Positions 9,612-18,405 of a stretch of DNA of 64,000 nucleotides are shown in pieces. Origin of the DNA: Hellea sp. GTDB taxonomy: Bacteria; Pseudomonadota; Alphaproteobacteria; Caulobacterales; Maricaulaceae. The notes below the pieces were generated by a model. The model made no database searches. It was not told where the DNA came from and worked only from the letters and a program-made list of their open reading frames with translations. Each line of letters starts with the position of its first letter. The first letter of the stretch is position 1. The stretch spans positions 10,829 through 74,828 of the forward strand of contig JABABK010000008.1 of the NCBI GenBank assembly GCA_014238285.1. The letters are read 5' to 3'. A program made the position numbers and the translations under genes.

Positions 9612-10807
9612 AACGCGACCATGTTTAGCATTGGCATATACATGGCTAGGATGATCATTAATACCACAACACTCAGTAATATTATAATCATAGGGTTTAA
9701 TAAGCTCAGAAAGACAGCTGTGACGCTGTCAAATTCGCTCTCCAAATAGTCGGCAGATTTAGAAAACATCTTGCCAATATCGCCGCTGGACTCACCGCCT
9801 GCTACCATTTGGATCACGAGAGGCGGAAAGGTTCCGCTTTGTTTTAGACTCGAACTCATAGGTGAGCCTTCTCTAACTTTTACGGCAGCATCACCCACGG
9901 CTTGGCGCATCACCGAATTCCGCAGTGTATGCAGCGCTGTTTCCATCGCTGACAATGCCGGTGTTCCGCTATCAATTAAACCAGACATAGTTCGGGCAAA
10001 CCGCGCAGCGTTTACACTGCTAATGAGTTTTCCAATAACCGGGATACGCAGTAAAAATCCATGCCATTTGAGCTGAAAAGCTTCATTTTTCTGAGCCTGT
10101 CGCCAGCCGAATATGAGCGCCACAATTCCAATGCCGATGAAAATACCATATTTGATAATGATATCAGAAAGCCCAATCACGAACCGGGTTAGCGCTGGAA
10201 GCTCCTGACCGAGGCTGGAAAATTGTTCAATAATTTTGGGGACCAAAAAGACCATCAAAAATATGATGACGGCTAAAGCCACGACAGATAAAACAACCGG
10301 GTAGGCAATCGCTGCTGTGATTTTATTTCTAATTTGTTGGCCGCTTTCCAAATCAATCGCCTGTCGATCTAAGACCGCTGCAAGTTGGCCCGATGCTTCA
10401 CCGGAAGCTACCATGGCCACATAAAGTTTCGAGAATGTTCGGGGGTGTGACCGCATCGCATCTGATAGGCGTGTGCCCTCAAGAACGCGCGATCTGACAT
10501 CCATCAAAATACTCCTCATAGGAGACTTTTCAAATTGTAGCGCGACAACTTTTAGAGCTTCTTCCACAGGTGTCGCCGCATCTATCAAAATCGCAAGTTG
10601 CCGTGTTCCTTGTGTTAAATCTTTATGGCGGACCTTTTTGCCAAAACTTACCTGTTTGGAATCTTTGGACTTCACCTGTTTCAGATCAACCGGCGTTAAG
10701 CGCCGCGAGCGTAAAATATCGCGGGCTTCTCTTGGATTACTGGCAGCCACGCTACCCGTCAGGCGATTGCCCGACCCGTCAAAAGCAGAGTAATCAAATG
10801 TCTCCAC
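9608..10807 (-). CDS. gspF: Type II secretion inner-membrane platform protein F
   Basis: 399 aa with duplicated T2SF-type domains and three hydrophobic spans. It lies between gspE and gspG with a 4-nt overlap. Confidence 0.95.
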   Translation of the reverse strand: METFDYSAFDGSGNRLTGSVAASNPREARDILRSRRLTPVDLKQVKSKDSKQVSFGKKVRHKDLTQGTRQLAILIDAATPVEEALKVVALQFEKSPMRSILMDVRSRVLEGTRLSDAMRSHPRTFSKLYVAMVASGEASGQLAAVLDRQAIDLESGQQIRNKITAAIAYPVVLSVVALAVIIFLMVFLVPKIIEQFSSLGQELPALTRFVIGLSDIIIKYGIFIGIGIVALIFGWRQAQKNEAFQLKWHGFLLRIPVIGKLISSVNAARFARTMSGLIDSGTPALSAMETALHTLRNSVMRQAVGDAAVKVREGSPMSSSLKQSGTFPPLVIQMVAGGESSGDIGKMFSKSADYLESEFDSVTAVFLSLLNPMIIILLSVVVLMIILAMYMPMLNMVAL

Positions 10808-12313
10808 CTAAACCTCTACTTCGGTATCGACTTTAGCCCGGCAGACGCGCAGCACTTCTTCGGCTGATGTCAGGCCGGACAAGACATGACGCGCACCGCT
10901 TTGCAGTAAATCCTTACGCTCTTTAAAGGCGTGAGCCGACATATCGATTTCGCGGCTACCATCATGGATCATGCCTCGAAGGGTATCATCCATCACCACG
11001 ACTTCATAAAGACCCAGTCGTCCGATATAGCCAATTTGATGGCATTTTGAACAGCCTTTAGCTTTGAAAAAGCGTAAATCCTTGTGAGGTTTAATACCCA
11101 AATCCATCATTTCACGGTCCGTCGGCTTGTAAGCTCCCTTACAGCTCGTACATAATCTACGCACCAGTCTTTGGGCCACGATTGACGTCACAGTCGACGC
11201 CAATAAAAATGGTTCAATGCCCATATCGCGAAGACGCGTAATCGCCGCGATCGCAGAATTTGTGTGAACAGTGGATAGCACTAAGTGCCCCGTCAAGGAG
11301 GCTTGGACAGCAATATCAGCCGTTTCCGGATCTCGGATTTCGCCGACCATAACCACATCAGGGTCCTGTCGTAAAATAGCTCGAAGGCCTGCCGCAAAAC
11401 TCATGCCGACCTGATTGTTCACTTGTGTTTGACCAATTCCGTCCAGCGCATATTCGACCGGGTCTTCGACCGTTAGAATATTTCGGCTACCATCATTAAG
11501 CGTCGTCAGAGAAGCATAGAGCGAAGTCGTCTTACCAGAACCTGTTGGGCCCGTAACAAGAATGATACCGTTGGGCCTGCGAATAGCGGCCGTAAAAGCA
11601 TCGAGTTCGCTTTCTTCCATTCCTAAATCAGAGAGGTTCATCAAAGAACTGCTCTTCTCAAGGATACGCATCACGAGCCGTTCGCCATATTGGGAAGGCA
11701 GAGTAGACACCCGGACATCGACGGCCCGCTGTCCAAGATTAAGTGAAAATCTTCCATCTTGAGGAATACGTTTCTTGGCGATATCCAATTGGGCCATGAC
11801 TTTAACGCGGCTAACTAATACTGACGCCAGACGCGGCGATAATGACAAAGTATCCCGAAGCGCACCATCAATACGAAACCTGACGGCTAATCGGTTCTCA
11901 TAGGGCTCAATGTGAATATCAGAAGCCCGCGTCTTGATGGCTTCTTGCAAAATACCATTAATCAGCTTGATAACAGGCGCATCATCATCGCTATCCAGCA
12001 AATCCGATGTTCGCGGTAGATTATCAGCCAACGCATTTAAATCCATATCAGCGCCGAGCGCCGTTTCAGCTGTTTCTGTTAGATCACCCTGGGCGTAAAT
12101 CTTCGCCATCAAGCCTTCGAATTCGGCCGGTTCCATGGTTTCGCGCTTAACTGGCCTACCGACAACACGACGAGCCTCTAAGAGAGCTTCCAACGTCGTA
12201 TCCGGCAATGTTGCAAGAACAGCCTTACCTTCATTCAGCATTGCTATAACGCCAAAGCGCCGTGCAAAACTATAGGATAGCCTCGGCAGAGTTATGGGAT
12301 CGGCTTCACTCAT
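10808..12313 (-). CDS. gspE: Type II secretion ATPase E
   Basis: Walker A GPTGSGKTT, Asp/His boxes and a tetracysteine CTSC...CSKC motif in 501 aa. Confidence 0.95.
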   Translation of the reverse strand: MSEADPITLPRLSYSFARRFGVIAMLNEGKAVLATLPDTTLEALLEARRVVGRPVKRETMEPAEFEGLMAKIYAQGDLTETAETALGADMDLNALADNLPRTSDLLDSDDDAPVIKLINGILQEAIKTRASDIHIEPYENRLAVRFRIDGALRDTLSLSPRLASVLVSRVKVMAQLDIAKKRIPQDGRFSLNLGQRAVDVRVSTLPSQYGERLVMRILEKSSSLMNLSDLGMEESELDAFTAAIRRPNGIILVTGPTGSGKTTSLYASLTTLNDGSRNILTVEDPVEYALDGIGQTQVNNQVGMSFAAGLRAILRQDPDVVMVGEIRDPETADIAVQASLTGHLVLSTVHTNSAIAAITRLRDMGIEPFLLASTVTSIVAQRLVRRLCTSCKGAYKPTDREMMDLGIKPHKDLRFFKAKGCSKCHQIGYIGRLGLYEVVVMDDTLRGMIHDGSREIDMSAHAFKERKDLLQSGARHVLSGLTSAEEVLRVCRAKVDTEVEV

Positions 12314-14193
12314 CGCGGATTTACAAACTCTTCGATTTTTGAATAATCACGACCTGATTGTAACATGTCTTGGCGGCGCATATTATCAAGATGTCTTTGG
12401 GTAATGGGGTCTGAATCAGCTCGAGACCGGATAATCGTAGGCCGCAAGAAAACCACAAGATTAGTCTTTTTTCGGCTTTTACCTTTTGACCGAAATAAAG
12501 TCCCAAGAACAGGAACATCACCCAATACAGGGACTTTTGCTATATTGACCTCTTCATCGTCTTGAATCAATCCACCAAGCACAATGATCTCGCCATCACT
12601 GGCTAAAACCGTTGTTTCGATTTCTCGTTTATTTGTAACGAAATCACTGGATACCGAAGTGATAGCGCCGGCAATTGATGAGACTTCTTGTTTGATTTTC
12701 ATCCGAATAACATCACCTTCGCTAATCTGCGGGTGAACATCTAGTTTAATACCGACTTCTTTACGTTCAAAAGTCTTGAATGCATTTAAACCCGTATTGG
12801 TCCCTTGGCTCTCGCCAGTTGTAATCGGAATTTCTTGGCCAACAATAAAACTGGCGGGCTCATTATCTAGGGTCGTAACAAATGGCGTTGAAAGAATATT
12901 GGAATCATTGTCATTTTCAATAGCGGTCACAATCACAGAGAAGAAGGCATTGTCATTGACGCTAGCACCGCCAATACCAATTCCGTCAATGCCTGTGATT
13001 GAGGATAGCGCAGCCTGCTGCAAAGTATCTGTAACCGTAGCATCGAGTCCTAGCCCTGGGCCCGCTAGAGCGCCCGCCAAATTTAAAAGATTAGGTGCTT
13101 GGCGCGAAAAGTTTGTCCCAATAAACGGAACAGCACTCTTTGTGTCTAGTCCTCCCATAGCCCACTGAACACCAAGTTCTTTAGCAGCCGTGTCACTGAT
13201 TTCAACAATCATGGCTTCGACTAAAACCTGCGGTCTGCGAATATCAAGACGGCGGATAATTTGCTCGAGTGCATCCTGAGCCTCGCCCGATGCGCTGATA
13301 ACGATTGAATTACTGCCAGCTTCATGAGCAACGCTCGGCGTCGGCTGCCCTTCAAATGTATAGGCAGGTAAAAGTGTCTGAAGAAGTTCAATCAGTTTTT
13401 CGCCGTCGGCGAACCGTAGCGGCGTCACACTGACAGCTCCGCGCGGCAGACGACCGACGGCATCCATTTGACTTAGGATCGGCCGTAGACGCGCCACCTC
13501 CGATGGCGATCCTTCTAAGATTAGACTATTCGTTCCAGGAATAGAGATCGCTTTATAGGATGGGCGATTGCCGCCTAATGCCTTGAGCGTATCTTCAGCA
13601 TCTTTTGCTTGGATATTCGTAAAACTAATAGTGTCCGTCACCGTCCCATTGGTATCCATCGCAGCAACAATTTCTCGGGCCTTACGAAGGTTTTCAGGGA
13701 AGTCAGTAACGACGATAATATTGCCGCCCGCATTGGCAGTTAAAATGCCTTGTGAATGCATGACAGGTTTTATCAACTTGGCCGCATCGGCCGAGTCTGA
13801 ATGTTCAAGCTTAATGACCGTTGTCGCGAATTGCCCATTATATCCGGTGTTGGCGACAAATGGGGCGTCCTGAGCTGCGCCCTGCATTAGCGTCACGCGA
13901 TATTCACCATTAGGACTGCGAACCACCGTATAGCCATGGACCCGCATAACGTTTTTGAAGACTTCAAAAACCTCTGACGGGCTTAAGGATTTCTCGGATG
14001 AAATCGTGACATTGCCCTGAACCCGCGGATCAACCAAAAACGTTTTCCCGGTCACAATCGACACATCATTAATAAAGGCTCGTATATCGGCTTGTTGCAT
14101 CGTGATTTGATGCTCGCCAGCCGCATAAGCCATTGGGACGCTCATTGCTGAAGCCATGCTTAGGGCCAGAATGGAAGTTATAATTTTTTTCAT
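12310..14193 (-). CDS. gspD: Type II secretion outer-membrane secretin D
   Basis: Signal peptide, N-domains, and secretin domain with VLGGLIQDDEE...VPVLGDVPVLGTLFRS, in 627 aa. Confidence 0.95.
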   Translation of the reverse strand: MKKIITSILALSMASAMSVPMAYAAGEHQITMQQADIRAFINDVSIVTGKTFLVDPRVQGNVTISSEKSLSPSEVFEVFKNVMRVHGYTVVRSPNGEYRVTLMQGAAQDAPFVANTGYNGQFATTVIKLEHSDSADAAKLIKPVMHSQGILTANAGGNIIVVTDFPENLRKAREIVAAMDTNGTVTDTISFTNIQAKDAEDTLKALGGNRPSYKAISIPGTNSLILEGSPSEVARLRPILSQMDAVGRLPRGAVSVTPLRFADGEKLIELLQTLLPAYTFEGQPTPSVAHEAGSNSIVISASGEAQDALEQIIRRLDIRRPQVLVEAMIVEISDTAAKELGVQWAMGGLDTKSAVPFIGTNFSRQAPNLLNLAGALAGPGLGLDATVTDTLQQAALSSITGIDGIGIGGASVNDNAFFSVIVTAIENDNDSNILSTPFVTTLDNEPASFIVGQEIPITTGESQGTNTGLNAFKTFERKEVGIKLDVHPQISEGDVIRMKIKQEVSSIAGAITSVSSDFVTNKREIETTVLASDGEIIVLGGLIQDDEEVNIAKVPVLGDVPVLGTLFRSKGKSRKKTNLVVFLRPTIIRSRADSDPITQRHLDNMRRQDMLQSGRDYSKIEEFVNPR

Positions 14194-15032
14194 GGTAATT
14201 TTACCCGTATTGTCATTTTTCTGCCCCGTCTTGTTACTTGGGCCGTCGTATTACCGCTTAGAACGGCTTCCAACAAAGCTTGTTTTAGATTCACGCCATT
14301 TTTGGATAGATCCTTATCGCCGATTTTCGTCAAAAGGTCGCCCGGCTCAAAACCCAACTGCCTGATATCAATTCCCGGTACAGCAGCGATTTTATATCCG
14401 ATAGTCTTTTTCCTATTCGTGACCTTTTCAAAATCGATCGCATTAAACAAATCCGTCGGTGACATTCCCGCCGGAACGTTAAGCTTCGGATTTGTATTTG
14501 AAGCTGCAGACGTTTTTGTGGCCCGAGATTTACTTGATTTCTTCGCAAGACCATTTTCATCCCGTTCAAACGTCAAACGTTCATTTTTACCCTTACGTGA
14601 TAAAATTATATATTCAGGAAAAATAGATTTGAGCGTAACCCCATCGGTGATTTCATCACCAATTCCGTAGCTATTTTGTTTATTGTTGGCATTTTTGATG
14701 GTCACACGGCCATTCTCACCGGAAATCAAACCCATCAGTGTTAGGTTCAAAGTCGTCTCAGGCGCATCCTCGCCCTTATCGATTGGCGCCTCAACAACTA
14801 AAGTCTTAGTTTTATTGCGATGAAAGGGATCAAAGTTAAAATCAAGTTTTTTTTCAACGATTTGAGTTTCAACAGCTCCGCTTGAGTTTCCAGCTGTTTG
14901 CGACGCTTTCCAAACACTGCTTGGATTTAGCCAAACCATTAAAGCCTTGACCACAAAGAAACAAATTAACGCAAATAAAGCGATTTGAAGCGCCTTTATC
15001 GCAGTCCCCATAGATTTGCCCACTATCGTCAT
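14190..15032 (-). CDS. gspC: Type II secretion protein C (HR domain plus PDZ)
   Basis: N-terminal TM ALQIALFALICFFVVKALMVWL, HR-like ITDGVTLKSIFPEYIILSRKGKNERLTF, and C-terminal PDZ-like GYKIAAVPGIDIRQLGFEPGDLLTKIGDKDL. It has an ATGA overlap with gspD. Confidence 0.75.
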   Translation of the reverse strand: MTIVGKSMGTAIKALQIALFALICFFVVKALMVWLNPSSVWKASQTAGNSSGAVETQIVEKKLDFNFDPFHRNKTKTLVVEAPIDKGEDAPETTLNLTLMGLISGENGRVTIKNANNKQNSYGIGDEITDGVTLKSIFPEYIILSRKGKNERLTFERDENGLAKKSSKSRATKTSAASNTNPKLNVPAGMSPTDLFNAIDFEKVTNRKKTIGYKIAAVPGIDIRQLGFEPGDLLTKIGDKDLSKNGVNLKQALLEAVLSGNTTAQVTRRGRKMTIRVKLP

Positions 15033-15123
15033 AACTTAAAATCTGTCCCTATTATATTCGGTGCCCAATTCTCGCCCAACAACTGTTTCGACGAAAAAGG
15101 CTTTTATGGTGCAAAAACTCACT

Positions 15124-15142
15124 TGTAAACTCAATGTTTACA
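15124..15142. promoter_or_regulatory. Perfect 7-bp-arm palindrome TGTAAAC-N5-GTTTACA in the divergent gspC/nudix promoter region
   Basis: Read directly from cTTGTAAACtcaatGTTTACAgg. No known regulator is assigned. Confidence 0.3.
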
Positions 15143-15231
15143 GGCATTTTCTTGCAATAAACTGACAATCATCGTTAAAGCCTTCGCTAATGCAGGAATG
15201 TTACGAAAACATGTAAAATAGTAAACCTTTT

Positions 15232-15804
15232 ATGCCCAAAGACAAAAATAAGCCTGAAATGCCTTCATGGCGCACAATCACGTCCAAAATTATCTATGAT
15301 AACCCTTGGATAAGCCTAACAGATCACCAAGTCATTACGCCTTCAGGTCAATCCGGCCAATACGGCGTGGTTGCCTTCAAAAACAGAGCTGTCGGCATTG
15401 TTCCCTATGAAGATGGATATATATGGCTTGTTGGCCAAACGAGGTTTCCCCTGGGACAATATAGTTGGGAAATCCCGGAAGGCGGTTGTCCGGCGGGCGA
15501 AGAACCTGAAGATTGCGCCCATCGAGAACTGCAAGAAGAGACCGGAATATCCGCCGCGCATTTAAAACCGCTTTTTCAAATGCACTTATCCAACTCAGTC
15601 ACCGATGAATGGGGCATTGTTTATCTGGCAACGGATTTGACACAAGGCGATCCCAATCCCGACCCAACAGAAGATATCAGTGTTCGGAAAATTTCTTTAA
15701 ATGACTTCTACGCCGAAGTTGAACAGGGCGATATCACGGACTCGCTCACTGTTGGGGCCTGTTATAAACTAATGCTGCTGCAAGCGCGCGGCGAGCTTGA
15801 TTAA
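15232..15804 (+). CDS. NUDIX hydrolase (ADP-ribose pyrophosphatase-like)
   Basis: Nudix box GGCPAGEEPEDCAHRELQEETG in 190 aa. Confidence 0.85.
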   Translation: MPKDKNKPEMPSWRTITSKIIYDNPWISLTDHQVITPSGQSGQYGVVAFKNRAVGIVPYEDGYIWLVGQTRFPLGQYSWEIPEGGCPAGEEPEDCAHRELQEETGISAAHLKPLFQMHLSNSVTDEWGIVYLATDLTQGDPNPDPTEDISVRKISLNDFYAEVEQGDITDSLTVGACYKLMLLQARGELD

Positions 15805-15813
15805 AAATCAAAC

Positions 15814-16992
15814 TTAAAAGTCAAATTGGGCGCGAAAGTTAAACCCGCTGACATTTTCTTCGGTTACGCCGCCGCTAACCAGCGCCGCAAAAGCGGAGTC
15901 CAAACCAGATATGCTAGTTCCGAGATTGGCGTTCGTATCAAAATAATTCACGCCAATACGGGTGTGTTTCGTTGGCCACCAGTCTAGACCTGTGATAAAG
16001 CTATCAATATTGCCGCCGTCGACTGCGTTGTCTGACAGATCAATCGTATCATACCGCGCGAGTACTGAAACTGCGCCCATGCCGCCATCTGTAATCGGTT
16101 TATCGACTTTAGGCCGGTTAAACTTCCCGCCTTTATAGGTTTTCTTGCCGCCAAAAAACGCGCCGGCTTCGATATACATGCCGTCAAAACTTGGATCGCT
16201 CGAACAGGCATTACAATTAGCTGCTGTCACGCCGTATTCGCCTGAGGCCCAGAACTGTCCCATAATGCCTGCCGCTTCAACGCCGTAAAACACGTCGTTT
16301 TGCGCTAGGCGGCCTGTGCTAATGATCCGGCTTGGAATATGTGAAGGTGTACGCTGACGATACCGAAAATTACTCTGAGAATCCCCTTTCTTACGATAGC
16401 GAATAGACGCGCCGAGGTGAACCAGGACGTCATCTTCTTTAACCGGATTATAGGTAGCGCGCGCTGACATGGCGTGACCTTCTTCGGCAGAATCCGCCGA
16501 AAGATTATCCCCAAAGACGCCAGCAGAAAATGTGTAATTGCTGCCGCTTGTATTGACCGCCAGACCTAGGCGACGATTAAATTCAAAGGCGTCTGTAAAA
16601 GCGGAGCGCTCTAAGGCTGAGATAAAGCGCGAAGACGTTTGCTCATCCAGAGAATTATGGGTTTTAAACTGTCCTAGCTTAACATTCCAGTTACCGCCTG
16701 TTGGCGCCCACTGTAGGTAAGCGTCTTCGACATTGATCTCATCACTACTATTTGTGTTGAGTTCGACTTTATACTTTACATCATCGCCATATTTTCCGGA
16801 ACCGCTCAATCGAAGACGGCGAAGTTCACTCGTGCTCCAATCCGTATTGGCATTGTCCGCATCGACACTGGAATAATCCATCTGAACCCGTCCGCCGACA
16901 TTGAAGGTCAATTCCTGCGCATAGGTTGTATCAGCGACCATCAAAGCGCCAATGATTGCAAATATGGATGTTCCAAATTTAATGTTCTTCAT
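15814..16992 (-). CDS. Phosphate-selective porin O/P family outer-membrane porin
   Basis: Signal peptide MKNIKFGTSIFAIIGALMVADTTYAQE. The pattern GGRVQMDY...ELRRLRLSGSGKYGDDVKYKVE...VEDAYLQW...LGQFKTHNSLDEQTSSRFISALERS is typical of OprO/OprP-type porins. There is a C-terminal aromatic residue, and a Pho box lies upstream. Confidence 0.85.
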   Translation of the reverse strand: MKNIKFGTSIFAIIGALMVADTTYAQELTFNVGGRVQMDYSSVDADNANTDWSTSELRRLRLSGSGKYGDDVKYKVELNTNSSDEINVEDAYLQWAPTGGNWNVKLGQFKTHNSLDEQTSSRFISALERSAFTDAFEFNRRLGLAVNTSGSNYTFSAGVFGDNLSADSAEEGHAMSARATYNPVKEDDVLVHLGASIRYRKKGDSQSNFRYRQRTPSHIPSRIISTGRLAQNDVFYGVEAAGIMGQFWASGEYGVTAANCNACSSDPSFDGMYIEAGAFFGGKKTYKGGKFNRPKVDKPITDGGMGAVSVLARYDTIDLSDNAVDGGNIDSFITGLDWWPTKHTRIGVNYFDTNANLGTSISGLDSAFAALVSGGVTEENVSGFNFRAQFDF

Positions 16993-17062
16993 TTTACTCT
17001 CTTACGATAAGAATCAGGCATATCCTAATCCGTTCAAGCTCCGCGGCCTATGGGAAATTTAT

Positions 17063-17102
17063 GTGACAGCTATTTTGTCTTTTTATGACAGTTTCATGAC
17101 AA
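17063..17102 (-). promoter_or_regulatory. Pho box: four 7-bp direct repeats at 11-bp periodicity (two PhoB dimer sites) upstream of the porin gene
   Basis: Minus-strand reading: TTGTCAT-GAAA-CTGTCAT-AAAA-AGACAAA-ATAG-CTGTCAC. The E. coli consensus is CTGTCAT-N4-CTGTCAT. The last repeat ends 70 nt upstream of the porin ATG. Confidence 0.75.
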
Positions 17103-17143
17103 AATCGAAGGCTTGCGAATGCCACTACTTTTGGGCATGAGGC

Positions 17144-18331
17144 TTGCCAAGGATCTATATGCATTTTGATGTGATTATAATAGGCGCTGGCGCCGCAGGC
17201 ATGATGTGCGCCGCTGTGGCCGGACAAAGGGGCCAAAGCGTGCTTCTGATCGATCATGCCGACAAGCCAGGCGAGAAAATCCGAATTTCTGGCGGTGGTC
17301 GGTGTAATTTCACCAATCTCCACTGCGGCCCCAAGAACTTCATTTCCGAGAATGAGCATTTCTGTAAATCAGCTCTGTCCCGATATACGCCTTATGATTT
17401 TATCGAAATGGTCGATGCCTATAAAATCTCGTGGCATGAAAAGACATTAGGGCAACTTTTCTGCGATGGTCGCTCCCAAGAGATCATCGATATGCTTCTA
17501 AGCGAATGTGACAAGGCAGGCAATGAAATCTGGCTCGGCACTGAAGTTTTGGATGTAAAAAAAGGCGATGACGGCTTCGTTGTTACCACCAACCGCCAAG
17601 CTATCAATTGCGATAAAGTTGTAGTTGCCTGCGGCGGGCCATCTATTCCCAAAATGGGCTCAAGCCGATTTGGCTATAAGCTTGCCGAGCAATTCGGGCT
17701 TAAAATGATAGAGCCCAAACCGGCCCTCGTCCCGCTCACCTTTACGGACAGCCTCAAAGAACCTCTTAAAACGCTTTCTGGCGTGAGCGTCACAGCTCGA
17801 GTTCATAATGAGCGGACCTCATTTGATGAAGATCTCCTCTTTACCCATCGCGGCATGTCGGGTCCTTCGATACTGCAAATCTCTTCTTACTGGGAACCCG
17901 GTGAAGCCATCACTATAAACCTGCGGCCCGACACAGATATCCAGACCATGCTCAAAACCGCGCGCACAGATCAACCGCGCCAGCATATCAAAACCAGCCT
18001 GTCGCAATATTTACCGCAAAGATTGGTCGATCATATTTGCGCAGGGGTCAAAAAAGAGCGCCTCGCCGATATGAGCGATAAAGAGCTGATCAATATCGCG
18101 CTGATGATCAATGAATGGTACGTCAAACCAGCGGGCAGTGAAGGGTTTCGCACGGCCGAAGTCACAAAAGGCGGCGTGGGCACGGACGAGCTTTCCTCAA
18201 AATCCATGGAATCTAAAAAAGTTCCAGGCCTATATTTCATTGGCGAGGTCGTTGATGTTACAGGTCATCTCGGCGGCCATAACTTCCAATGGGCCTGGGC
18301 CAGCGGACAAGCGGCAGGATTGGCTCTCTAA
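17144..18331 (+). CDS. HI0933/YhiN (BaiN-like) family NAD(P)/FAD-dependent flavoprotein
   Basis: FDVIIIGAGAAGMMCA dinucleotide fold and the family signature ISGGGRCNFTN, in 395 aa. The start could be the Met at 17159. Confidence 0.85.
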   Translation: MPRIYMHFDVIIIGAGAAGMMCAAVAGQRGQSVLLIDHADKPGEKIRISGGGRCNFTNLHCGPKNFISENEHFCKSALSRYTPYDFIEMVDAYKISWHEKTLGQLFCDGRSQEIIDMLLSECDKAGNEIWLGTEVLDVKKGDDGFVVTTNRQAINCDKVVVACGGPSIPKMGSSRFGYKLAEQFGLKMIEPKPALVPLTFTDSLKEPLKTLSGVSVTARVHNERTSFDEDLLFTHRGMSGPSILQISSYWEPGEAITINLRPDTDIQTMLKTARTDQPRQHIKTSLSQYLPQRLVDHICAGVKKERLADMSDKELINIALMINEWYVKPAGSEGFRTAEVTKGGVGTDELSSKSMESKKVPGLYFIGEVVDVTGHLGGHNFQWAWASGQAAGLAL

Positions 18332-18405
18332 AACCTATTGTTTTCAACCATTTTGCTATGTAGTCTCTCAAAACGGGCAACCTCCATTACAGAACCACGG
18401 GTCTT

